DNA of 20,000 nucleotides from Atractiella rhizophila (Eukaryota): NCBI GenBank assembly GCA_021432655.1, contig MU271372.1, positions 59,462 to 79,461 of the forward strand, read 5' to 3'. Shown piece by piece: positions 11,220 to 20,000 of this stretch (position 1 is its first letter; each line of letters starts with the position of its first letter). The notes under the pieces were generated by a model. It saw only the letters and a program-made list of their open reading frames with translations, ran no database searches and was not told where the DNA came from. The position numbers and the translations under genes were made by a program.

Positions 11220-11310
11220 TGTGCGATGGTGTAGTTGGTGTATGGTTGGGTAGTTGAGTCTTGGCTCATTGGTGTTGGTGTGGGTTCGATTCTCAGTCAT
11301 GTCACATTTT
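11220..11310 (+). ncRNA. Degenerate tRNA-like / Pol III type-2 promoter module inside the Helitron (not a functional tRNA call)
   Basis: A-box TGGTGTAGTTGG (11227-11238) and B-box GGTTCGATTCT (11283-11293) with T-arm pairing TGGG/CTCA. Partial acceptor-stem complementarity (TGTG.. / ..CACA), followed directly by TTTT (11307-11310). D-stem and anticodon arm cannot be resolved. Confidence 0.6.
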
Positions 11311-11616
11311 GTCACTGCCAAATCCTATTGTGTGCAAACTGCGTGCCCGCAATTTCTAATTTCTTCAGAGCTTTCTGAGACTTCTCATGTCATGCGCCAA
11401 AAACTGTTGTTTGCCAACTATGAGGGAAAGTGAGCAAGCATTCATACAAGTGAAACAGTTTCTTTCACCACAAATATGCTTCCTAACAGTCTACTATAGT
11501 ATCCCTCAGCCTGTTAGCATCAAATCAAATCAAGCAAAAAAAGCATAGGTGTGTGGACTCTGGCTTATATATTCTTCACTCATATCATTTTGTTATGTGC
11601 AGCAAGCTACACTCTC

Positions 11617-14176
11617 ATGCCACGTGCAATTCAGAGAAATCAAACAAGAAATCGAGAGCGTCGATCCAAACGGCATCAATGTCTGCAGCAGGAGGCACCA
11701 CTATACCAGGGTCGACCTGTAAGAGAGAGGCAACGCCCTGCACATTTTAATCCTACTCCACCTACTCCATCTCAACATGAGACAAGATCAACTAGGGCTC
11801 CACGTCAGTGTCAGCAGCACCGTCGAAGCTCTTCACTATCTATATCATCACGACCAGCTCGACGACATTGGAGACAGCATTCACCCTCCGCTGAGGAGTA
11901 CACTGAAGAAGAAACCCAATCATACCCATCCTCTCCTGATCCTGATGGTGTGGACAGTGATGAGGATACGGCATTAATCCCGTTGTTGTGAGGCGAAATA
12001 AGGCAACATCACTATCCTGCATTCAACTACTCACCTGATATGGATCTTGAGGCACACCACCTCTCTACTTGGGGATTACTTTGTACACATTGCAAAGCCT
12101 TTCATTGGATGGAAGAGAAGATCGTTAACAGCCCACAACGAAATCCAACGTTTGCATTGTGCTGTCTCCACAGCAAGGTGCTGCTACCCATTCCTCCACC
12201 TCCACCAGAAGAGCTACGAAAGCTTTTTACACATGACAATACAACAGGTAAGTATTTCTATTCAATTTTTTTGCATATACATATCTGAGAGGAACAATCA
12301 TTATAGAGTCAATGGCATTTCGCGAGCATATCAGGATATTCAATAATGCTTTTGCATTTACATCCTTAGGTGTCCGCCAGGTATCAATTCCTGGACATGG
12401 TCCCTACTCCTTCAAAATTCAGGGAGAGCTGTGCCACCTTATTGGCACTCTTTTACCACAACAAGAAGGGTGTGAAACATTTGCACAGGTCTACATTACA
12501 GATTCAGCTGTACAGACTGAACGAAGAGTTGGCAACACTTCAATATCACTGAATCGTAGGACGCCTGAAGACCTTCAGGCTATGCTCTTCCGTGTCAACC
12601 CATATCCCAGGATCTACAAATTTGCAAAAGAAAGAATGGAACAGGATCCCACTACAACACTACATCTTCGCACAGTCGCCCCACGAGATACGGACCCAAG
12701 ATGCTACAACATTCCTGTAGCCAGTGAAGTTGCTGTAGTGATGGTAGGAGACGGTAACAGAGAAGAATATGGAGTGGCCAGAGATATTGTCATCCAGCTC
12801 AGAGCAACCAGGACCGGTAGCAACTTACAGCATGTGAATGAGCTCAACTCAAATTATCTTCCACTTTGTTTTCCTCTTCTGTTTCTATATGGGGACCAAG
12901 GATGGCATCCGCAGATTCCGTATCGAGACATGCCTGCAGATCTTCCTCCTCGCGAGCGAGAGCACTTCAATGATGATGGCATGCAAGTTGGTAATTCTTG
13001 GGTTTGACAACGTGTCAGCCAAATGGAGTTCTATTCTTACATGTTGCAGCAACGAAATGACATATTCTCACTACGGTGGTCGGCTACTGCAAGAATTGGT
13101 AGTCGATGCTTATGCTCAAATTGAGGCGAATCAACTCCGCTATCTGCAGTTCAATCAGTCTATTCTTTGAGCCAAGGTGTATCAAGGTCTTACGGATGCC
13201 CTTGCAGAAGGCTATTCTTTAGAAGATATCGGGAGGCGGACTATATTACCATCAAGTTTCACTTGCGGTCCATGTTCAATGAATCAGCTGTTCCAGGATG
13301 CAATGAGTATAGTTGGTGCCAAAGGAACCCCAATATCTTTACAACCTTCACTTGTAACCCACACTGGGCAGAGATCACGGAAGCCCTCCTACCAGGACAA
13401 AAACCAGAGGATCGACCAGATTTGGTTTCAAGGGTTTTTTGACTGAAGGCTCTGGAGTACATCAAGGATTTAGTGGTACGACAGATCTTTGGAAGGGTTA
13501 TCAGACATGTCTGGGTCATTGAATGTCAGAAGAGAGGTCTACCACATGCCCACATCATGTGGATGGCATCAACGATCACTTGATTCAGTGGCTCGAATCC
13601 ATAGGAGATCGGGTATATTATAATGCAGATCAAATTATAGATGACGAGGGAGATCTCAGAAATCGCTTCTCTGTCGAGTACCTGAATACCCTGGAGATCT
13701 CTGGATTCCCTTCGCATTGTTTACACCTCAAGACCGGTGCACCCATCATTCTTCTGCGAAATCTCAATCCATCTGCTGGCTGCAACAGTACACGGCTCAT
13801 TGTCACTCAGCTTCTCCGACGAGTCATCGAAGCAACCATCATTATAGGTACACACAGTGGCGAATCAGTTCTCATTCCTCGAATTGGCATTGACAGTGCA
13901 GTATCAAACCAGCTTCCTTTTCAATTCCGGCGCTTTCAATTCCCTGTGCGCTTAGCGTTTGCCTTAACTCTGAATAAAGCGCAAGGACAATCTGTTGGAC
14001 ATGTGGGTTTGTACTTAGAGTCTTCTCCTTTCTCTCATGGGCAGCTTTATGTTGGTCTTTCACGGGTTTCAAATGCAAACAATTTACGAGTATTGGTCAA
14101 AACAAAGCAAGGAGAAGAAAACAAGCAAACAGACAATGTAGTTTACAAGGAAGTGTTACAAGTACTCAATCACTGA
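11617..14176 (+). pseudogene. Helitron RepHel transposase pseudogene (Zn-finger, HUH Rep motifs 1-2, C-terminal part of PIF1-like helicase)
   Basis: Motifs in order: CTHCKAFHW..E...F.LCC...KV.LP; IRIFNNAFAFTSLG; GPYSFKIQGELCHLIG; YN.P.ASEVA; FPLLFLYGDQGW; ILPSSFT.GP..M.Q.FQDAM; FTTFTCNPHW (Rep motif 1); IE.QKRGLPHAHI (HUH, 13545-13553); helicase LKTGAPIILLRNL, QFPVRLAFALTLNKAQGQS, FSHGQLYVGLSRV, NVVYKEV. One intron at 12248-12306 (GTAAGT..TAG, in phase). In-frame TGA at 11989, 13005, 13168 and 13440. Frameshifts at ~13070 and ~13330. Confidence 0.95.
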
Positions 14177-14372
14177 TCATCTCTCAGCATGTTCCTAACA
14201 GTATAGTCAAAAGCTGAAGTGGTTCTCCGAGGTACGAGGAGACCACTCAGCTTTCATTGTTTTTTGAAGACAGTAGAGTACATATGGTGAGTCCGTGCTC
14301 GCCAAAGGTGAGGCCCCACACAGTGGCTGCCAGAGGCAAGAGCTCCACGCAGTGGCCGCCGGAGGCTGGGGT

Positions 14373-14434
14373 CCAAGGGGCGAAGCCCCTGGCGGGGGGG
14401 GGATGCCCGAGGGACGAGGGCACTGACACACTTG
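14373..14434 (+). terminator. Helitron 3' subterminal hairpins and CTTG terminus (rolling-circle termination signal)
   Basis: AGGGGC-GAA-GCCCCT (14376-14390), then a G-run, then TGCCC-GAGGGACGA-GGGCA (14404-14422), then CTTG at 14431-14434. Confidence 0.75.
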
Positions 14435-15482
14435 TTCTGTTATAAAGCACCAAGTATAGCAGATTTGTGCTCTACAGACGCGCAACGGCACGAAATGAGA
14501 CGGGTGTGCGGCACAGACGTCAGGAAGGAGACATGGAAGTACTCGTTTCGTGCCATCAAATATTTTTGAAGGGCGAGATAGGGCATCAAACACGCCACCT
14601 ATCGTACCACGACCCCACACAAAGAGAGCATCAATATGTCTTGGGGAGACCCCCATCTCCAGCACGATCTACGAGATCATAACGGCTTCCTTTACCGCTC
14701 CAACTTTATCCTCCAACTCAAACGATCAGGCTAAACGCGCTGTAGCTGGAGGATCTACGAAAGCGAGCGGAAAAAACGCAAAGACTCGGAACCCTTTGAA
14801 GAAAGTGCGTTAGCCTGTCCCGACGTCCCTGCGAAGAGAAGAGATGAAGCGTGCATCAGTTCAAGCTATCCGAGCTTGCTGTGGAGTCGTGGAGAGCTTT
14901 GTCGGAAGCTGAGAATCAGAAGTTAAATCTATTGGGAGAATGCGGCGTCTCGGCGTCAACGTCGCCCCAGCAGACGATGAGGGAAGGCGCAGGTGTATGA
15001 ATGAGCCAGGTGATGTTGATGAAGAAGGTAATGGATTTGGGACCTTTGGACGCTAGTCAATGTCACTTTCATGGAGTTCCCGAGAAAGCAGAGGAGGAAG
15101 CAAGGAGGCTATTCCCGTTATGGCTTCCACCGAAAAGCCCAGATAAGAGGAAAGATCACATCAGATTACGATGGATGAAGAAAGCGCTCCTGGCTCGCGC
15201 TCTCCTCTAAAGACAGGGAAGACTGACGAGGAAGATGTGGGGGATAATGAGAAGGACGGCAATGAAGACCTACGCGATCAGGAGGAGGACGAGGAAGAAG
15301 TAAAGGTTCATCGATACCGCCCCCCCCACCCTGGTCCCTCAGCCGACCAACCTCACAGAACTAGTACGTCAGACTTTTCGCTTCAGGCTAATCATCTCCC
15401 ACAATTATTTCCTAATATCGATTCTTGACATCCATTCTCATACTCCTGCCGTCACCTTACTGGGCAGCGAAGGAACGGCTTT

Positions 15483-16070
15483 GGCGGCGAGTGGCGAATT
15501 TCGGATACTGTACCAAAAGTGGCGGCTTCAGCCTCTCTGCAAATGTCAATGAATTTTAGAGGAGAGAGATCCACCGCTTCTTGGGTACATGGATGAGATT
15601 GCCATTTTTGCAAAATCTCCCCCTGTCAGCGCAAATGGGATGTCACAGAAGTTGGTCTGAATTGCGTCATGTCTATGCTATTCCATTCTGCGTGTAGTTG
15701 ATTGTGAAGAGCAGTCCTCTCGCAACCCCAACCTTTGGATGTCGTTACACCAGCCGATCAGAAGAAGGAGCCGCCTTTCCCGTTACAGATCCAAACCACG
15801 TTGTTCGTTTCCAACTCAATTCCACCAAGAGAAAGCCAAAGAATACTTCAAACGATTCTTTTATAAGCTATCGGCAGAAGACAGAGAGCAGGGGGACTCT
15901 CCAGAAAGCAAAACGGAACTTTGTATGATCATGGGCTGCACCAAATCCTTCGCTTGGTTTCATGCTGTGCTCAGTTGTTCCAATCGCAGTTTTGAAGTCA
16001 CACTTGGGGGAGTATCAGCTGAATTCAAGGGTTATATTAAGCACTAAAATGTTTCGGGACCTGTCGTAAA
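15483..16070 (+). pseudogene. Frameshifted paralog of the downstream gasdermin-like gene
   Basis: GGEWRI[7-nt deletion]GYCTKSGGFSLSANV matches GGEWRIGDFGYCTDGTFLFSRNL at 16993+. TPTFGCRYTSRSEEGAA...RF matches TPGFEFYYTSQSQEAAL...RF. EYFKRFF...ED...ELCMIMGCTKSFAWFHAVLSCSNRSFEV matches EYFKQYF...ED...EICMITGLVKSFDWLVAVSGSSQSCFGV. A candidate intron at 15671-15714 has the same position and phase as 17187-17233. 1-nt frameshift at ~15826; stops at ~15557 and 16045. Confidence 0.85.
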
Positions 16071-16434
16071 AACTCGGTCTCTGTGGCAAGAAAACGAGTG
16101 GACAGCTAGACTGAGGCAAAAAAGAGAGCGGCATGAGCCCTAACTGTGAACCAGGCTTTGCTGTCGGAAATCGAGAAGTTGTGCGGGAGATTGTCTGTTA
16201 TGCATTGGGTGGACCCTGAGGTATGGAGACTCATTAATATTCATTGTAAGGTTCTTTGATATTGGTGGGAGGAAGATTGACGACGAAAATGGGTTCTCAG
16301 AGCGTATTTTCGATTGCGTGTACGTTCGGTTCTTCTCCTAGAGTTAAATAAAATGGACCAACTCAGGTTGGAGGCCTTACATCTCCCTAAAATCTCCATC
16401 GTATTGAAATCAAGTCCGCTTCAAAGCTGCTGTC

Positions 16435-18398
16435 ATGACAAAGAAGGCTTCAAATTATGCTATCTATCAAAGGGTCATGTATGATGATTGTTGGCACTGG
16501 CCAATCTACAATCCTTCATATCTGGAAGAAACAACTACTGCAGTGAAGGAAGGTGACGCCACTATACCGCCCAAAATCCCTTCTACTCTTAGGACAGATG
16601 CCACCTCTCCTTCTCTTTCCATGGTAGCTTCTTCGCTCTCCGCCGGTTCGAACCCGCCCGTTGCTTATCGTTCTCCATAGTCGGGGGGCTCGCAAAGGGC
16701 GATCAAGTCTCTCCCGCCCCGATCTCGGCACTCGTTCGCGCTGTCACTCCCCCGCTTGCAGACATGGTTTCAGTGGTCCGTTAGGAAGAAGCCCCAGGAC
16801 GGCAGCGAATCTAAGGTAGATTCTTTAGAAGTTTCAAAGTCTCGATCTGCTGGAGAGGAAAGGAAAGGGAAGGAACGAGCTTTGGAGCAGATGGAAGAGC
16901 AGTTTGAGATCATGGTGTCCATGGAGGACGCATCAACGTCGCCTGCTCTCATCCATGGCACCCCTCGTGAAAAGTCGCGACAGAAGGGGAAAGGCGGCGA
17001 ATGGCGAATTGGGGATTTTGGATACTGCACAGACGGTACTTTCCTTTTTTCGCGAAATCTTGACGACATTTTGGGTCATAAGACTCTCGAACCACAGAAG
17101 AGACAGATTGTTTGCAATGCACCGGGTCGCATTGTCAAAGGGAACTGTCAAAAAATTGGCAGTGGCGTGGATGTGAATCCCCCAATGTGCGTCGCCTCAC
17201 CAATTGTCCTTCAATACTTATGTTCAACCGTAGTCTGCTCCCTTCGACCCCTGGTTTTGAGTTTTATTACACTAGCCAATCCCAAGAAGCAGCCTTACTC
17301 GCTACAACATCAAATGCCCTACGATTCTCAGTCCAAGTCACTCAAGAACATGCTGCCCTTGAGTACTTCAAACAGTACTTTAAGACCGTGATGGATGAAG
17401 ATATCCGCGGTAACTACTTCCTCAAAAATAAAAGAGAAATTTGTATGATTACGGGCCTGGTCAAATCCTTTGATTGGCTCGTAGCTGTCTCCGGTTCTTC
17501 ACAATCGTGTTTTGGGGTCAAGGTCGAAGCGCAACCAGTTGGGCTCTGGGGAAGCCTTGATAAAATTGTCATTTTGGGAAGTAACCCAGTAAAGGGCCCA
17601 GATCATGAACCACGTATGTCTCCAAACCTCAATTCTTGTTACTTATCAACCAGTTCAGGAGAGGGTTACCTTGTAAAAGAGGGTTACCTTGGGGTAGGAG
17701 ACCAAACATTATTCATCAGTCGAATAATGTGCAAACATCGAGGCATCCCAGCGTTCGGGTTGCTCAAAGGGGGAGGTTCAAGACCACCTTCCCCTTCAAC
17801 AGGTCCTGCAGATAAGAGTTTAGATCCGATGTTGAGCACGGAGATCATTTGTGATAGTCTAAATGAAGATGGGGTATGTCTTTGCCAGGTGTCATCGAGC
17901 AGCGTTGAGCTCTAGACAGGTCTACGATCCTTTGCGTGTCCTCCTTGAGGCGATGTTGATTGTTTGTATTCTTTACATTGGAAGAACATCCCTCATACCT
18001 CCACAGCTACACGACACCGCCAGCTGTGCTATTGCATCTGATATAGACCTGTCAACTTTATGTCAAAAGGTGTGTCACCCCATGCTCACGCAGGAATTAT
18101 GCTTAAGTAAGGTAGTCGCGATGGAAACTCGAATGGAACGAATGGACCACTCAGAAAGCTGTGGAACTGTTACAAGCCTGTGGGGATTGCATAAAGGAAG
18201 ACGAAGTTGGTACGTACCAGCCTGTCTCGAGCCGCTCCCTGAGAATTCATGCTTTCTTACGCAGGGCTCACGCTCACCTTCAGCAATGATTTCACTCGAT
18301 CTACAGAAGATGAGCACACCATAACACTCGCTCCAGAACAAGAGCTGATACCGATTGGAGTAAGACAAAGCTTAGAGGGGCAAGAATTAATGGCGTGA
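16435..18398 (+). CDS. Putative gasdermin-like pore-forming domain protein (~555 aa if all predicted introns are spliced; may be a young pseudogene)
   Basis: Exons 16435-16623, 16681-17186, 17234-17873, 17920-17961, 18007-18069, 18116-18209 and 18265-18398. Introns are 57, 47, 46, 45, 46 and 55 nt, all GT-AG and in phase. The first has a weak donor (GTAGCT) and is needed to remove TAG 16678. Motif order Y...HWPIYNP / IGDFGY...G.F....NL / F.Y.S.S.EAALL / ICMITGLVKS..W / DQTLFISRI / YDPL..LL...AIASD.D matches my recollection of a widespread basidiomycete family. Its core resembles RCD-1/HET-Q1 and bacterial gasdermins (e.g. the VYMITG strand). Confidence 0.6.
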
Positions 18399-19281
18399 GC
18401 GATCATCGATAACTTGAATGGCCTGCAGTAACGGTTTTGCAGCCCTGGAGTGAGACTACAAGTAACCAAGGTCCGCTACAATCCACTGTTGCGAGTGTCG
18501 GTGTTGATTGAAGTCCCAATCAGGTGTATGAGCAAGATCTAGACATCATCGGCTACACGACCGACTTTGCCATAGGGTTTTCTCTTTCGCTAGATTTCGC
18601 TGGCTCCGAGCGTCTCAACATTACCAAACTCCATTTCAAGGTCGAATTTCTTGATAACGCTGCGCCAAGCACACTCATGAGGTCCACGTTTCCGCGTCGA
18701 AAACGGTGGCAAATTTCCTTTCTACTTAACCAAACTGACAATACAAATATTGTAGGGGCATAGGATGGCCACTGTACCATCCAAATCCAGTGGACGCGAC
18801 AATTGCTTATCCGATGGGCTTTGAGGACAGATTCGGAATATATCGCAAAGAATGGAGCTCTTTAGTAAGTTTTGGTAACAAGGCAGCCTGGTATCTTACA
18901 GGTGACATCATTTGTCCTGCTGCAAACAGAACGACTGCTGAAGTTGACATATTGATAGGCGAACATTTAACAGCTCCGTCTTGTTTTTCCTTAGTCGTCG
19001 AAGGCAACCGTAATGATCGCCCTGATATCAATGTTGAGGCTAGAGCTTTTTCTTCAACTGGAGGGATGCTCTCCTCCTTCTTCGGAGGAAACAAACTGGC
19101 TGCAGGTGGAACATGGACCTTCTCATCATATCCCTGTTGGAGCGAAGACTGGTCTAGACCTGATGAGAAATCTAGTTGGCTTACCACACAGGATGTGGCG
19201 TCGCATTGGGTTTGAACAGAAAGGTTATTGGAATTGTACGAGTTATCAAGTCAAAATGCCCTGCTTCGCCTGTCTCTCTAA
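18399..19281 (+). pseudogene. Stop-interrupted C-terminal extension of the gasdermin-like gene, or a decayed adjacent gene (unknown beta-rich domain)
   Basis: The frame continues past TGA 18396 and TAA 18429 as ...PGVRLQVTK. It splices in phase (18471-18523) to VYEQDLDIIG...LHFKVEFLD. A weak-donor intron (18706-18755, CTGAC branch) then leads to GIGWPLYHPNP...KAAWYLTGD... TGA 19213, and the frame stays open to TAA 19279-19281. Confidence 0.4.
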
Positions 19282-20000
19282 TGGTCTTCCATGGTTCTAT
19301 TCAAGATTGCCTCACTGAAATGCACGAAGAAAAGTCTTGTCTCTCGAGGTGGTATAGGAATGTTCATGATACATCAACAAAGAAACTCGACAGCAACGAG
19401 ATTGAATTTGACGAGGGAGATGCCTGACGACCTAAAGTCATAAATAGCATAATTCTAATGCCAAGCTTGTCAGGCCAGATCAAGCAGTAGCACCTCTTGA
19501 TCTCTCTTTCTTCTCGAACCCAACGAAGGAGCAGTTCTGGTTGTCCATTTCAAGCAACTGTTTTTCAGACCATGTTTATGTCAACTGCAAGCTGATGGTG
19601 CGCGTGCTCGCGCTCGGCATGATTCCTTTTATCGACGGGTTCACATCCTCAGATCCATCCTCTTTCCTTTAATGTCATGCTATTCCGAGTCTACTGGACC
19701 AATGAACCTATTGAATTGTTCTTCCTGTAACATTGCACGAAATATTGGTCGGTCATTAACGCAAGCTGATGAGACAACTTTAATCGTTAATCGTTGGCGT
19801 GACACGGCTTTCATGATAACGCTCCACTGTTCGGCCTTCGAGACAGGAGACAGCTATCACTCCGGACGTCACGACAGGAGGAACGTGACCCACTGTATGA
19901 TGAATGGGGAGACGAATGTTCGCCTAGAAGCCGAGCTGATACGCCCAAGTCCTCGGTTTGCGCGCAATAGACAGGGTTTGGGGATGTTGTGGGTTCCATG

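Larger units (their letters stand above)
10825..14434 (+). mobile_element. Helitron (rolling-circle transposon), internally deleted and non-autonomous, both termini present, 3610 bp
   Basis: 5' end A|TCCTTATATATAAA (A10824, TC at 10825). 3' end has the GC-rich hairpin TGCCC..GGGCA (14404-14422) 12 nt before the end at CTTG|T (14431-14434, T14435). This gives an A|T target with no TSD. Internal RepHel homology at 11617-14176. Confidence 0.88.

Noticed and set aside
11220..11310. Functional tRNA gene
   Set aside because: D-stem, anticodon arm and acceptor stem do not pair well enough to assign an isotype; kept only as tRNA-like.
4365..13442. TGA recoding (alternative genetic code or selenocysteine) to explain the many in-frame TGAs
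   Set aside because: The TGAs fall where Arg fits. RepHel also has frameshifts and CpG-type missense changes, and TGA is the predicted normal stop at 1022-1024 and 14174-14176. CGA>TGA decay is simpler.
13523..14176. Host PIF1 helicase gene
   Set aside because: Lacks Walker A/B, is fused to Helitron Rep motifs and lies within Helitron termini.
14207..14665. 152-aa minus-strand ORF across the Helitron 3' end as a captured gene
   Set aside because: It spans the element boundary, and its Pro/Gly content comes from the GC-rich terminal hairpins.
19440..20000. Minus-strand coding fragments at the window edge
   Set aside because: Short, stop-interrupted frames with no recognisable homology; cannot be judged without flanking sequence.

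Overview
Eukaryotic, intron-rich fungal DNA. Most inferred GT-AG introns are 44-59 nt; a basidiomycete origin is an inference. From left to right: (1) the 3' part of a gene ending in a divergent NADAR/YbiA-like domain; (2) a convergent low-complexity AT-hook ORF; (3) an F-box/LRR-like gene broken by two in-frame TGA codons; (4) an intact 4-exon She10/Osw7-family membrane protein gene ending in RIEL; (5) a 3.6-kb non-autonomous Helitron (10825-14434) with both termini. The Helitron carries two ~133-bp-period direct repeats, a tRNA-like Pol III A/B-box module, and a RepHel pseudogene with a large internal deletion and CpG-type decay. (6) A tandem pair of related gasdermin-like genes: a frameshifted relic (~15.5-16.1 kb) and a multi-exon copy (16.4-18.4 kb) with a stop-interrupted C-terminal extension to ~19.3 kb. 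The best candidates for undescribed biology are the gasdermin-like pair and the tRNA-like module inside the Helitron. All family calls come from motif recognition by eye; no database search was run.
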